DNA of 63,957 nucleotides, filler included, from Polymyxa betae A26-41 (GCA_003693705.1; 9 parts of 9 records of this genome joined end to end with filler, not necessarily neighbours in it); one strand, 5' to 3'; counted from the whole stretch's first letter, positions 1 through 12,849 are shown. Made by a program: numbers and translations. The notes: generated by a model not told the origin, from the letters alone.

Positions 1-240
1 GGTTTTGAGACACTCAACAAAGGTAAAACTCCGTCCAATTTGGAGTAAACCCTAACAAGAATATTTTATCAGTAAATATTTGGAAAAATTGACTCTGATT
101 AACCACCAGACCTCTTCAAACTAGTCAAAGGACCCGTTTGACTATCCTTCCAACGTTTAGTTATTTTCCGTCAAGAAAATAGTCAAAAATGCCGAGTTCT
201 CTTCTGACACCTAATTGTCCGAGGGCTTGATTTCAGGGAG
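1..240 (+). repeat. 3' end (last codons GFETLNKGKTPSNLE*, stop 46-48) and 3' UTR of a third copy of the secreted Cys-repeat gene family
   Basis: Matches 5072-5280 and 7307-7480 (ggtttt[g/c]agacact..aacaaag..ctccgtccaatt.ggagtaa...gaatattttatcagtaaa). Confidence 0.85.
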
Positions 241-3200
241 TCACTAAGTTACAAACCCTAAACCCCTAAGCACCTCTTGATACTACAGGTCCCATATATC
301 AATATCAACTTGTATTATTGCACATATAGCTATCCCATTTTAGTAATTATTGTCTATTGGTTTTTTTTCAATGAAAAAGGCCGTAGCCAAATTGATGCCC
401 TGCAAGTTGTTCTTCGACGTTTTCACGAAAATCTGAATACTGACAGGTGTGTCAAATTTGACAGCAAGCATATCGGACGATATTCTCTGGGTTTCGCTCT
501 CGATAATGGAAGAATTTTGGCGGCGTTGAAGGCTTCAATGTTATGAATATTTCCACAGATTCTAAATCTTCAGAGCAACAGTAAACACTGTTTCCTCCAA
601 GAATATCGAAGTCGGATATCTGCTGACGGTGAAAACTGCGATTACTCCACCCGATGGTTTCTGTTTGATCATCCTGGACCCATCGTTCTCGACGACGTTG
701 ATCGTGATTCCGGCCGAATCGTACTGCTGAAGATGTCCGATACGCAGTTCGGCAACTCCGCCGGCCTCTATTAATAATCATCGCCTGCTACCTCTCAGAA
801 CTTCATATTTTACTGATTTTTTTTTGGTTCGTATTGTTACAGGCGGTTCTACACATAACCGAATCGAAAAGAAAAGAGCAGAGATGAACACTTTAGAAAT
901 TGGTCGCTATTATAAGATGAGAGAGTGGCAGCGACATTCTCCGCGGAACTTGAAGACCATCTTCTCCGCTTCAACAGCCTATCGATCATAATGGAGCGGT
1001 GAAGTGTCATGCTCCCCCAGGACGCCACCACGGCCCGGCAGGGACGACCGCGCCTTCGTTATCGGTTAAGGTTCCGATCTCTATCTATCAAAAGGCGCAG
1101 TTCAATGTCGAATTTGTGTGTAAAAGTTCCTATTCTAGATACTGCTTTGCTATCTGGTGGGTTTTGGCCATCTATCTGAAGGCTGAACGAGCGTATACAG
1201 CGATTTCTCATAAAGTAAACTCGCACAGCTCGCGATATTTGAGCTTCTTATCGTGTGGAACCATGGAAATCGCGTTTCAGATGATAGCCTGTAAAATCAT
1301 CAGCAGTATATCGCTCTCAGATCGAATTGAGATCTTTTTACACAAGTTCTGAATGGAAGAAAGCTGAGCTAAATAATTGAAAAATGATCATGTAATCACG
1401 ATAGTCCGTCAATGGCGCTCTCTGCCATGAAATCGGATATTGAGAATCACTCTCGGCAAAGGAACGATTCCAAAGAATTCGCTATCTGGGTTCTCCGCCT
1501 GCCAGCTCGAATTTGTTTTATACTTTTTTTAACTTTTTTTTATACTATATATATTTGCAGAAACAGTACTGGAACCTGCGTATATGAGTACACAATCCCT
1601 TGTCATTTGCACTATAGAATCCGGGTCTTGGGCTGGTTTGCCGCCCGGCCAAAACATCCAGTTTCGGTGGCTCCGAGACAGCCCTAGCCGTGTTGTAACA
1701 AATATTCGCAGTGTTTCATCTATCTGTTAAACTCATGGACTGTTACAATGCCGTATCAGCCTTAAAAGGGTCCACGAATCCCTTCATGATCCCGCACATG
1801 ATGTCCTTCATGACTTTGACGATCGTATCGTTAACTATTGCGGGCGTACTGGAAGATTTCCACTTGGCTGCCTGTCGCTTGCCCGGCAACGTTTTCCACT
1901 TTGTAAGGGTAGGAGCGAGTAATAGCAGAAAGACCTCTTTGGAGATGGCGGGAAATGAGCAGCCGTGGCTCAGTTTGCGGAGTTTGTCATCAGAATCATT
2001 ATTCAACGACGCCTCTGTAGTTTGCGTTTGAACAAATCCGTCACAGAGTGCTGAAAGAGCGAAATATTTCTCGAAGATAAAAGGAGCGGAATCATTTCAT
2101 TATGTTCTTTGCAGCGAGAGTCAGCAGTTTGAGCAATTCTTGTATTGAGGTCGTCGATCAGAACAGGCTGCTAATCCAATACAATCTGATTGCAGGGTTC
2201 GGTAAGATAATGATGATACCTGTAGTCCTGTGGATCAGCACGACGTCACTGATTACAGCATGCACTCCTATGGCATAATCATCGGCAAGCAGCTCGATCG
2301 GTAATAGGGACTTTATCCCGATTTCCGGCAGAGTTCTCCTTCTGTGCCTCGGCGATACGGTCACTTTCCCTCTGTCATCTCTTCACCACCAAACAAGAGA
2401 AAATGTGCGTATCCGCAAAGTCGCAAAAAAGCGGAGCCTCCTAAAACTCAGAAATATGCGTAACTGTGCTTTTTTACAATCGCCATCAATCGTAACGACC
2501 GCTTTAACTTGCAAAATCCGCTTCGTGCTGTTGAAGATCTTAGGGCCTATCTCCGACTGCCGTATTGTATATGCTCGTAACCATCAGGTTTCCTGCTCTG
2601 CTTTCCATGTCCGGTGGTCGCCTGTTCGTCTCGAGTGCGGTTCTACAGTCGCACGACCCGACCTGAAAGCTATATTTGACCTGCTGCTGATCGAATATGG
2701 GCCGATCGCGCTACTCTCTTCGAGAAAGCACATTTAAAAAAACACACAAATTGAATCGGAACATAAAATAGTATGCGATACAGAGAAACTGTAGAACTTC
2801 AGATACTAGCTAAACACAGCAAGAATCAGCTAAAGCAATTTCGAGAAAATTATCAGAATTTTAAATCTGTTATTTTAATTCAGCATTTCCTACGCAGAGT
2901 GAATTTATGGGCGAGTTCGTCTCCAGTGCATATAACAACGGATGTTATATATAACGATGTAGCACACTCAGTTGACGGTGACTAACTTGTCAGTAGTGTT
3001 TACGTAAATCGGTAATGTAAAACCGATTCTATAATGAAAAAAATAGAATCGGGTGGGTCAGAGTACTGGTGCTGGACAGGTGAGTCATTACGCCTCGGTA
3101 TTGACTCGTGCAGCGGCGGCTCTCGATCGGCGATCAGGCGTGGCTCACAACTGGCGAGGGGTTGGCTGGGAGGCCGCGCTCCGTAATCTGCGCGCTACAA

Positions 3201-3421
3201 CGAACTAGATAAAAAAGCTGGACACACCCAGTTGGTAATAGATGAGATTTGTATATGGCGATTGCGATTGTCACACTTTTCGCTTCGAAAAGCAATCCTC
3301 CTTATTCAATGTGATTCGCATCCATGATATTCATCAACTGTAATCTGAAAAAACTGCGTATCGAAGTTGTGTCTCGCCATGACTTCGCGCGAAGTCGTAG
3401 TCCGACATTCTGACTCTGATA

Positions 3422-5120
3422 ATGTTTATCCGGGCGATTCCCTTCCTGATACTGAGCCTATCTGAGTCCTTCGCTGCATTCAGTCTTGGGCCTTGTAACG
3501 TTACAGACACTCTCGAAGTGACTCCCGATAGAGTCTATCCTTTCGATCTCAATATCAGTGTCTATCCTCCCGATATCAATGTGAGTCTCTATCCTCCCGA
3601 CCTCACAAACACAGTAGTAAGATTGCTCTATCAGGAAGAAGTCACACATCTTTTACCTGATCTTGAAACACTATCAACACCAACTTCTTTATTACACCGT
3701 ACAAATATTGTTCCGGCTTTACCTTCTATTCAGGAAACTATTAATGTAATTCCTTCTTATCACATTTCATGTCTTAAAGATCACTGTAATGTTCATAATC
3801 AGAATGATGAACGAGTTGAAACTATCTCCCGGAAACGTTCTCGTATGGACGAGGCATCATCGTTAGCCGACCTTCTGTATTCCTTTAATCATGATGTGAC
3901 TGATATCCATGACTATAACAGTCTCTGCAAATTTCTCGTGAGTTTGAGGTGCCTTTTGTCTAGCTGTATATTTAGATCAAAGATCCGAATGAAGACGAAC
4001 TACATTTTCTGTCTTCAAATTCCGATAGTGATGCGGGTCAATGCTCCATTATCATCTGTCAATTAGATATCAATGTGAACTGAAATGGTCTGGATGTGAG
4101 CGAGATCAGACGAATCTGTTCTGCTCCGAGCACAGTACAGCGACTGATCTTGATTGCGAATTTGTATCGGAAATTGGTCTGGGCCTCCCGGAAATATGAA
4201 TGGACTTGGAGGAACGTTGATGGGAAATTACGGAATTGGATGTATATGGTGTGTCGTCCTGTATTGAGATGCGTCATGGAATGCTGTCAGAAATATCTTC
4301 GGAGATTTCAGACACTCTGGGGGAATCCTTTCAGTCATTCCACCCTCTTTGCGAAATGTTCCGGACATGAATGCCGATCTAAACTGTTAACAGCCGATCA
4401 GTCTATGAATCAAGTCCGAGATGTTCATTTTTATCTCTATTGACGCTCCTGATCTACAGACTGACAACAATCCGCCCTCGAAATGGATCAAGTTTAGTTC
4501 ACCACCAACGGAGTTCACTCTGCCTGTGTTTAGCAATTTCCTGAATCTCTGAGATTGTTTGATTTTGGTGTCGAGAAGATCACGGACTACACTACTCTGT
4601 GTGCTTTCTGGTGAGATTTATTCAATTTGGAATCTCACACTGAATCTTTCATTCAGAAAAAGCATCTTGATGATGACGAGATCGCGTTTCTTACTAAAAC
4701 GAACGAATCGATCCAATCAAAGCACAGAAAACGAAATGCGAAAGCCCCCCTTATTATCAAGTATCTCGATGATCAGCTCATATTGACCGAACCCTCGGAT
4801 ATTTTTACTTCGAAGACCACGTTACAGAAGTTGATATTTTTGGCCAGTTTTTGTCAAAAACTAGTTCGCGCCATAATTACCGACCCGAATTTGAGCCTGA
4901 AACGTGAAAGCTGTGGTCATTGGCTTCTGCGAACATGTTACCCCGTACTTTCATGTCTTCGAATATGCTGTCTGAATGATCTTCGGATGTTTCAATCTGG
5001 ATGGGAAATCCGTTTCCGCATAGTCATTTTGGGGATATTTGTTCTTGGAACAAGACCAACAATACAGCGTGTGGTTTTCAGACACTTAACAAAGGTAAAT
5101 TCTCCGTCCAATTGGAGTAA
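3422..5120 (+). pseudogene. Copy A of secreted multi-exon protein with two Cys-rich repeats; probably disrupted
   Basis: Signal-peptide-like MFIRAIPFLILSLSESFAA. Relative to copy B there are indels/stops near 4060-4090, ~4550 and ~5000. Confidence 0.65.
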
Positions 5121-5642
5121 TTGCTAACAAGAATATTTTATCAGTAAAGATTTGCATTTTTGACTCTGATCTACCAGCAAACCTCTTCTAACCAGTCAAA
5201 GGACCAATTTGACTAATTTTCCAACTTTTAGTTATTTTCTGACAAATAATTAGCCCAGTTACAGAGTTCTCTGTCGATATATGGCTCTGGCTCCTATCGC
5301 CGTGAGGCGCGCCTCCCTCATGTTGTTGCTCCTTTGACTCTCAAACGCCTGGACGACTCGCAGTTTACGGGCTGATTTCCACAATTTCATCGCAGTTTTT
5401 ATCAACCCTGTAAATGTCTCTGTGTGAAATTACAGTTACGGACATATTTATATATTCAGTTGTGACACCATCTTCGAGATTGTGCAAATTTTTCGCTTCG
5501 CAAAGCCATCCACCTTATCAAATCTGATTCTCATCCATGATATTCATCAATTTTATTCTGAAAAAACTGCGTGGCAGAGTTGTGACCCGCAATGACTGCG
5601 CAAGTTTCGCAAAGTCGATGATCGAACATTCAGACTCTGATA

Positions 5643-7354
5643 ATGTTTGGCCGAGCGATTCCCTTCCTGATACTGAGCCTATCTGAGTGCTTGGCTGCAT
5701 TCAGGCATGGACAAAGTAATGTTACAGACACGCACGAAGTGACTCCTGATAGAGTCTATCCTTTCGATCTCAATATCAGTGTCTATCCTCCCGATATCAA
5801 TGTGAGTCTATACTCGCCCGACCTCACAGACACAGGAGTAAGAGAATGTGACAGGAAGAAGTCGCATCCCTTCTCCTTGAACTTGGAACATTATCAACAC
5901 CATCATCTTTATTACATCATACAGATAATCTTCCAGCTTTACCTCCTATTCAGGAAACTATCAATGTAATGTTTCCTTATCAAATTTCCTGTCTTAGAGA
6001 TTTTTGATATATTCATAATCAGAATGATGAATCAGTTGAAATTTTTTCCCGGAAACGTCCTCGTATTGACGAGACATCGTCGTCAACCGACCTTCGGTAT
6101 TCCTTCGATCATGATGTGACTGATATCAATGATTATCACAGTCTCTGCAAGTTTCTGGTGAGTTTGTTTGCGTCTTTTTGCAGTTTATTGACTGTAGCTT
6201 AGATGAAAGAGCCGAATGATGAAGAACGTCGTTATCTGTCTTCACCTTATGATGATGCAGGTCAAAGGTCCAAGATCAACGGTCAATATATTATCAATGT
6301 GAAAGGACATGAACTGGATATCAGCAAAATCAAACGAATCCGTTTTGCTCAGTGCACATTACAAAAACTGATTCTGATTACGAATCTGTATCGGAAATTG
6401 ATCGGGGCCTCCCGGAAATATGAATGGAACTGGAGGAAGGGCGATAAGAAAATATGGAATTGGATGTATCATTCCTGTCGTCCTGTACTACGATGTGTTA
6501 TGGAATGTTGTGAGAAAGATCTCCGGATGTTTCAGACACTCTGGGGGAATCCCTTCAGTCCTTGGAAACTCCAGAATCAATGTTCCGGACATGAATGCCC
6601 ATCTAAACTGTTAACTGCCGATCAGGCTAAGAGTCAAGTCCGAGGTGCCCCTTTTATCTCTATTGACGCTCATGATCTACAGAGGGATAACAAACTGCTC
6701 TCGAAACGGATGAAGTTTAGCTCACCACCAACGGATTCCACTCTGCCAATGTTTAGCACTCTGCCGGAATTTCAGAAATTTTTGATTTTGGTGTCGAGAA
6801 GATCACAGACTACAAATCGCTTTGTGCTTTTCTGGTGAGTTTTATTCATATTAAATTTGGAACCTCACTCAGAATCTTTCATTCAAAAAAAGCAGCCTGA
6901 TGATGACGAGGAAGCGTTTCTTACTGCATCAAGTAAATTGCTCCCATCTAAACGCAGAAAAAAACGCGCGGGAAAAGACCCCATCATTATTAAGTATCTC
7001 GATGATCAGCTCATATTGACCGAAACCTCGGAAATCTCAACTTCGAAAACTACGTTACAGAAGTTGATATTGGTGGCCAGTTTATGTCTAAAACTAGTTC
7101 GCACCAAGATGACCGACCCGAATTTCAGCATGACACGTGAAGGCTTTGGTCATTGGCTTCTGCGAACATGTTACTCTGTATTTTCATGTGTTCGGAGATG
7201 CTGTCAGAATAATCTTCGAATGTTTCAATCTCGATGCGGAAATCCGTTTCCGCATAGTCATTTTGGGGATATTTGTTCTTGGAACAAGCCCGACAATACA
7301 GAGTGCGGTTTTGAGACACTCAACAAAGCAAACTTCTCCGTCCAATTGGAGTAA
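5643..7354 (+). CDS. Copy B: putative secreted multi-exon protein with NLS-like basic patches and two Cys-rich repeat domains (effector candidate)
   Basis: Hydrophobic N-terminus MFGRAIPFLILSLSECLAA. GT-AG introns ~5802-5853, ~5966-6022 and ~6158-6202 restore frame; the splice near 6790-6860 was not resolved. Contains RKRPR, KRRKKR, CRPVLRCVMECC..FQTLWGNPF..C.G and CYSVFSCVRRCC..FQSRCGNPF..C. Confidence 0.75.
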
Positions 7355-8427
7355 TTGCTAACATGAATACTTTATCAGTAAAGTCTTGCAAATTTGACTC
7401 AGCAAAACCTCTTCTCTCCAGTCTTTTTTTCCAAGTTTAGTTATTTTCCGCCCACAATTAGTCAACTTACAGACTTCTCTGTCGATGTATGGCTCCGGAT
7501 CCTATTGCCCTGAACTCCGCCTGTCATCAATTGCTGATGTCCTTTGACTCTCAAACGCCTGGACGACTCGCGGTTTACCGGCTGATTTCTCAATTTCATC
7601 GCAACCGTGTAAAAGTCTGTGTGGGAAGTCTCTGTCGCGAACATTTTCTTCAGTTACTGACTTTCATAGTATGACGCAACGGGATGATTTCAACAATTTC
7701 GTCGCAGTTTTTTTGAACAACTGTCCAGTATCAGGATTATGGCTCTAAGGGAGGATAAACAGTGAAGGAAAGTGATGAAATGTGATGGAAAGAGAACAAT
7801 GAAGCCCACCCAGATCCCGTCATAGTAAAGGCATCCTCTAAATCAGATCCAAAAGTTCAAAACGATGTTTTGACAGCATTTCAATATGCTTCCGATTCAT
7901 ACGGAATCTGTTGAATCCGGACTATAGATTCTTTTCGTTTGAATGGGGACCACAATTTTGACGTTCTGATCCAGAAATTTCAATTTAGACGTTTTCAATT
8001 TCTTAAAAAATTTGACTCTTAACCAGCGCCTTGCTTCATGTCATCACAATGTGCTAGACCTAAAGATAAGACATCTTTTTGAATTCGAAGATACACCAAC
8101 AGCCACAACACGACCCTGATTTTATATTGTGTACCTCGGGTGAATTACTGCAGCGCCCCGAAATCGGTAGTAGGGGTTCTGGAATCTATTTGGGCAATTT
8201 GCCTAAATTTTCCAGCCATGCGTTTTGGAAAGAGCGCCGTCTGTTGACCTTAAATCAGCGAACTAGTCGAATCCAATCCAATCCTTATATTGTGTACCTG
8301 TGATAATGCGGTACTACAGACGGTCGGATCATAAAGTACTCAATAAAGTCGTTCTAATTTGCTTTGATCAAATGTGTTTGACGCCTTGAAAGGAGCTGGT
8401 TCGGGTTCAACATTTTAAAAATCGAAG

Positions 8428-9090
8428 ATGTCTCAATCAATTACTGGATCAGCACATCACTCTATCCAGATCGATAATGAACCCGAACCGGACGTGAGCA
8501 ATGCGAACACACCGGACCCTAATGTAGCACTGGCTCCACCTACCGAATCCACGGACAATGCAAAGGCACCGGACCCCAATGTAGCACTGGTTCCACCTAC
8601 CAAAACCACGGACAATGCAAGCAAACTGACCGCCTTTTTGTTGGCATTACAACGAGCCTTTTTCAATTCTGCCCTAAACCCCAAACCTGAACCACAACAA
8701 TACTATCAAGCATGTTCAACACAAATGAATGTTATTGCCGGGGGGTTGCTTGCTGGTTCAAGTGCGGCCCTACTTCTAGACAAAACTCCTTCGGCAACAT
8801 TTCAAATGTCTATCATCATAGCGTTCGCCTGTTCATTAACCTGTATGGTCCTTAATTACTTTGTCGCAGCAATCGCCTCAATCGATAAGGAACTGCAACA
8901 ACAAAGAGCAGATCGATTAACCAACTGGGCTGGTGTGTGCTGTATCGGTAGCGGTGCTTCGTGGTGTGTTGCGATTCTCGTAACCCTTTCAGACAACACC
9001 CCTATTCTTATTTCGACTACTATGCTTTTTGTTTTGCCACCCGTAATAGTGATGATCTTTGTATTCCGTAAAGGTTGGGTAGACTTATAA
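8428..9090 (+). CDS. Four-TM membrane protein with a repetitive hydrophilic N-terminus (PGG-domain-like topology)
   Basis: 220-aa intronless ORF with four hydrophobic segments and a 19-aa repeat. Confidence 0.7.
   Translation: MSQSITGSAHHSIQIDNEPEPDVSNANTPDPNVALAPPTESTDNAKAPDPNVALVPPTKTTDNASKLTAFLLALQRAFFNSALNPKPEPQQYYQACSTQMNVIAGGLLAGSSAALLLDKTPSATFQMSIIIAFACSLTCMVLNYFVAAIASIDKELQQQRADRLTNWAGVCCIGSGASWCVAILVTLSDNTPILISTTMLFVLPPVIVMIFVFRKGWVDL
8510..8620 (+). repeat. 57-bp in-frame tandem repeat x2 (PDPNVALxPPTxxTDNA)
   Basis: accggaccc at 8511 and 8568. Confidence 0.9.
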
Positions 9091-10643
9091 ACAACGTCGC
9101 CAATCTTGTTTAAAGATGCAGACTTTGCTGCGGTCATCCAGATGCTTATTCATTAACTAAAAATTTCGAGATATCTGCTGACATCTAAAAAACAGCCTAT
9201 AGCCTAATTTTAACACACAAACCACTGCCAACCAATCCAATCGAAGCACCTTCTGGGTTATATCTGTAATGCTGTCCGTTTCGCAGATTATGTAAATTAA
9301 CTCATGTTAACTAAAGCTTTAAGAAAACATCTGCGTTCTGTTTTTATAAAGTCTGCTGCAAAAGAAATATATCTTGGGCGGGATATTCGTCATTAAAGTT
9401 ACCGACGCTGCATACTTGTAATAAAACAGTTTAAACATACGAAAGTGCTCGAAATTGTTTCTGAGAACATTTAAATGAGGATTGAGTGGAGCTCAATATA
9501 AAACCGAGTTATGCGATGGCAGATTTGATGTCCTGGGGCATGGACAAGTAAACCTGACAAAACTTGCGTGGCTTGGGAAGGCGCTGTCGCCGTTTCAGCT
9601 CAAAAGCGCTCTTGAAGACTAAACAGATGTCGAAGTCTTTCGAGCAGTTGGTGTTTGAAGGATTAAATTTTCAGCACGACGAGAATAAGGCACGATTTTG
9701 AATCAGCTTATGATGCTATTGACACAGATGGATTCACATCGTATACCTCCCAGCAAAACAAGCAGCACCAATGGCTTGTTGGAACCGCCGGCGCGACCTC
9801 CCGCCAATCTCTGGATCCTCGATAACCGCTCTTATTACAGCAGGTTATGGACAAGGCAACCGACAAGGCTGATACTGTCTGATTGAGCTCAATGGTGTAG
9901 ACCTTCATAGTGCCAGCGATCCTGCATTCGAGTTCATGAAGACGAAAGGCGAGCTCCACCAGAAGTAGATCAATTTGAAGTTGGAGGCTGCCCTCGGAGC
10001 TCATATTGAATTTTCACTCAATTACCTATACAGAAGACCTGGATTGGATTTTTTCCGGTAGAGACTTCCCGGCTCAAAGCAGGAAATCAGGTCATGGATC
10101 CTTTGTGCATTGGAGAAACAGATTTCCTGTGGCCATTTGCAGATGTGATCGTGAATTTGTGTGATGATTTTTATCTGAAGCGTATTGGGTAGCTGTTATC
10201 TCTCAAGATAAGAAGGCATTGAATTTGTATAACTATGTTGATTTTTCAGTTTAATACAGCTCGCTACCTCAACAATCTTTGTGCTACTAATTCTTCAACT
10301 CGGCATAATCACATCATTCGACCGTCGTTGCAGACAGCATTTTCTGGAGCGATTTTTTGGAGGCAACTCGCATTCGCTTTCGAAGTTTTGCTCCGCCGTC
10401 AATCAGAGTTAGTTGAGTTTGTTGAAACAGATGTGACGATAGTCGCGAAGAGATGGATCGTTGATGTAGCGAGCTGTGTTAAATTGAGTATCTTGACAGA
10501 TAACAGTGACACTAAACGCTTTGGAGCTCGCTGATCAGCGAGACTCCATAACGAGCTTGAGCCCGAGATCTGACGAATGTAATCGTTGAATGTAATCTTT
10601 TTGTTTTTAAATAACAAAGAATTTATCGAAAACGTGCTGAATC

Positions 10644-11774
10644 TCAAATTCTGCAAAGAGGGTCACTATCTGCAGGACGAGTGAAGCCGGTAATAACAAT
10701 CACTGAATATCTTGTAGAGAAATGCTTGATCGCGGCCTTTTCCACCAAACAGTTTGTCGTTGCCCCAATCTTTGAACGTTTTAACAACGAGTTCAGATCG
10801 GATCGATTCCAATCGAGACTGATCTCCAGTACCACATTTCGGAACAGCTCTCTGAATTTGCCATCTTTAATGTCCAGCTCGAAATTGATAACGTTTCCGT
10901 TGGGAACTTGTCCAGTAACATAACAATAAACTGTAACGAACTGCCAGTGCCTGTTCGAAGAGGGTAATTTCATGATCTCCGAAAAACTCTCAATGTGCAG
11001 TTCGTACAGCTTGGCGTTATTACGAAGCGGGAAAATATTGCGCGCGATGAACTTTTTCACAGACTGAAAAGTGCTTACAAGCGGATATTTCTGACAGAAT
11101 AAGGCCACATCCAGCACATTTTTAGTGGTGAATTTGATCGAGCTCAGAATATCATCACATAATGTCGTCATCGTATCGCATAAAAGATAATCTGCGATCT
11201 GGGCCATAACGAAGACCTCGGACAGGCAGCCACGATCGAAGTCGCTCAAGCCGTACACGACTGTCAGAAATTTCTCAAAAAACACCGCCGTGCTGTGCGC
11301 TTCCGCGCCCTTGAACGGCTCTGAGATCTCAATGTCCGGAAGATCGATTGGAATCGACGGTTTCGATCCCATTACTGAAGGTTCAAGGAGGAGGCTGGAT
11401 GTCGCTGGACACCAGTCCAGAAACCGTTCCAAATAGGCACTGCCGGGGACCAGTACGGCCCGATGCCCGAAGAACCGGGTCCCATTGACCACGAGAATCA
11501 GGTCACTGGTGGAATCTTGGTTGAACAGGGCCTGGACGGTCTTAGCAGTGTTAAAGGCGGCGCCTCCTTGTCCGGATGTATGATGAGATCCATTGAGGTT
11601 GGACATTCGTGCACAGATTTTTTGTCCAAAGTCGACGTTCGAGAGGGGGACATGACTTGCAAACAGGCGCAACGCATTTTTTTCGAGACGGTCTAAATCA
11701 CGCATTTTTGACACGGTCTGTGACGCAGTATTTGACACGGTCTGTGACGCAGTATTTGACACGGTCTGTGTCAC
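10644..11774 (-). CDS. BTB/POZ (plus BACK-like) domain protein; true start may be MRDLDR near 11704
   Basis: SDLILVVNGTRFFGHRAVL..GSAYLE; FEKFLTVVYG; AQIADYLLCD; NVLDVALFCQKY. Confidence 0.85.
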   Translation of the reverse strand: MTQTVSNTASQTVSNTASQTVSKMRDLDRLEKNALRLFASHVPLSNVDFGQKICARMSNLNGSHHTSGQGGAAFNTAKTVQALFNQDSTSDLILVVNGTRFFGHRAVLVPGSAYLERFLDWCPATSSLLLEPSVMGSKPSIPIDLPDIEISEPFKGAEAHSTAVFFEKFLTVVYGLSDFDRGCLSEVFVMAQIADYLLCDTMTTLCDDILSSIKFTTKNVLDVALFCQKYPLVSTFQSVKKFIARNIFPLRNNAKLYELHIESFSEIMKLPSSNRHWQFVTVYCYVTGQVPNGNVINFELDIKDGKFRELFRNVVLEISLDWNRSDLNSLLKRSKIGATTNCLVEKAAIKHFSTRYSVIVITGFTRPADSDPLCRI

Positions 11775-11885
11775 GCAGTTTTTGACACGGACTGTGTCAC
11801 GCAGTTTTTACTCTTGCTGTGTCACGCAATTTTTGACACAGTCTGCTTCAAGCACTTTTTGACACGGGCTGTGTCCCGCATTTTT
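11701..11885. repeat. ~24-26 bp degenerate minisatellite, about 7 units (tttgacacggtctgtg(tc)acgcag)
   Basis: Directly visible; overlaps the 5' end of the BTB ORF (TVSNTASQ repeats). Confidence 0.9.
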
Positions 11886-11999
11886 CTTCAAGGGAATTTT
11901 TCATCTTGAAAATATAAAAAAGTTAATCAGAGTCGCGCCAGATAAGGAAGATTTTATGAAAAATGAGCCGAAAGTCGACCTGTGCGAGGTCCGAATCAA

Positions 12000-12120
12000 C
12001 CAGTCGTAACAATCACTGAATATCTTTTGTGAAGAAATGCTAGATCGCGGTCTTATGCACCAAACAATCATCGGAGAGATCGCAGAAAGTTTTATCAATG
12101 AGGTGGAGATCTCCTTATAC
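12000..12120 (-). pseudogene. Degenerate copy of the BTB gene 3' end
   Basis: taacaatcactgaatatctt...gaaatgct.gatcgcgg..tt..caccaaaca matches 10693-10750; reads DCLVHKTAI*HF versus NCLVEKAAIKHF. Confidence 0.75.
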
Positions 12121-12489
12121 CGCACATCAGTTGTTAGATGGGACTTTAGCTCCTGGCCCGGAAAGTCGCATCAGTTAGGGGCAATGGCTGTTCCTTCAAT
12201 TCTCGTCGATTGTTAAGCCGTTGCTGGAAAATTTTGCTGTTGCTTGGAGAGCGCAGGTCGCAAATTGGCAGCAGTCAGGTCCGCTAATTAGAGCAGCTCC
12301 GGAGCCGGAAGCGACATCCATCACTTACAAGGCTCTCGAGCTCACAAGCGATCGCAATTTCATTACTGATCGATGGAAACCATCGCGATCGGATTCCCGG
12401 CGGAATCGTGATGGGCCAGTACAGGCCGATGGGCTGCGCAAGAAGAGGCTGCGCTCCGACCTTTCATACAAATTCTACATCTCCGAACA

Positions 12490-12775
12490 GAACTTTACAG
12501 TTTATCAAGACATTACAATATATCCATAATTTAATGTAGTCCATTGTTATACAATGATTGCTAGTAACCTCAGAAGAATGGCAAAGTGGTTCATCCTATT
12601 CAAAATGACAAATGAAGACGAAAAAAAGAAAATGTCTTATGAATTATGTGAAGCTTTAGAATTGGATACTAAAAAATTTTTAGAATTATTCCAAGACCTT
12701 ACAAAAGATAAACATCAGTTCATGACTATAGACTGTCTTGGAGGAAAATTCTATAGGAATTTTGAAGAATACTAA
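12490..12775 (+). pseudogene. C-terminal fragment of an A32/FtsK-like DNA packaging ATPase (Polinton/PLV/virophage type), frameshifted
   Basis: LSRHYNISII / (frameshift ~12530) NVVHCYTMIASNLRRMAKWFILFK...KFLELFQDLTKDKHQFMTID..FYRNF fits the GRH(arginine finger)-xNIS..Y...R..ILFK...H.F..ID pattern; abrupt drop in GC. Confidence 0.65.
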
Positions 12776-12778
12776 AAT

Positions 12779-12840
12779 GTAATCACTGTTCCTTTTCAGT
12801 ATTGATTAATTATTTTCAATACTGAAAAAATAATGATTAC
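12779..12840. terminator. AT-rich hairpin directly after the ATPase stop
   Basis: Perfect 13-bp arms ttttcagtattga (12793-12805) and tcaatactgaaaa (12816-12828), plus outer gtaatca/tgattac. Confidence 0.55.
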
Positions 12841-12849
12841 TAATTATAA

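Larger units (their letters stand above)
3265..7620 (+). repeat. Tandem duplication, ~2.2 kb unit (copy A ~3265-5400, copy B ~5480-7620)
   Basis: Colinear similarity across upstream region, exons, introns and 3' UTR; ATGs at 3422 and 5643 are 2221 bp apart. Confidence 0.95.

Noticed and set aside
277-3240. Short ORFs as genes
   Set aside because: No recognisable motif; 1743-2364 (-) may be a relic but cannot be supported
3616-3633. Ultra-short 17-18 nt intron (gtaag...cag)
   Set aside because: A canonical GTGAGT donor upstream gives a normal 52-53 nt intron
11701-11885. CRISPR-like array
   Set aside because: Units are head-to-tail with no unique spacers, there are no cas genes, and the context is eukaryotic
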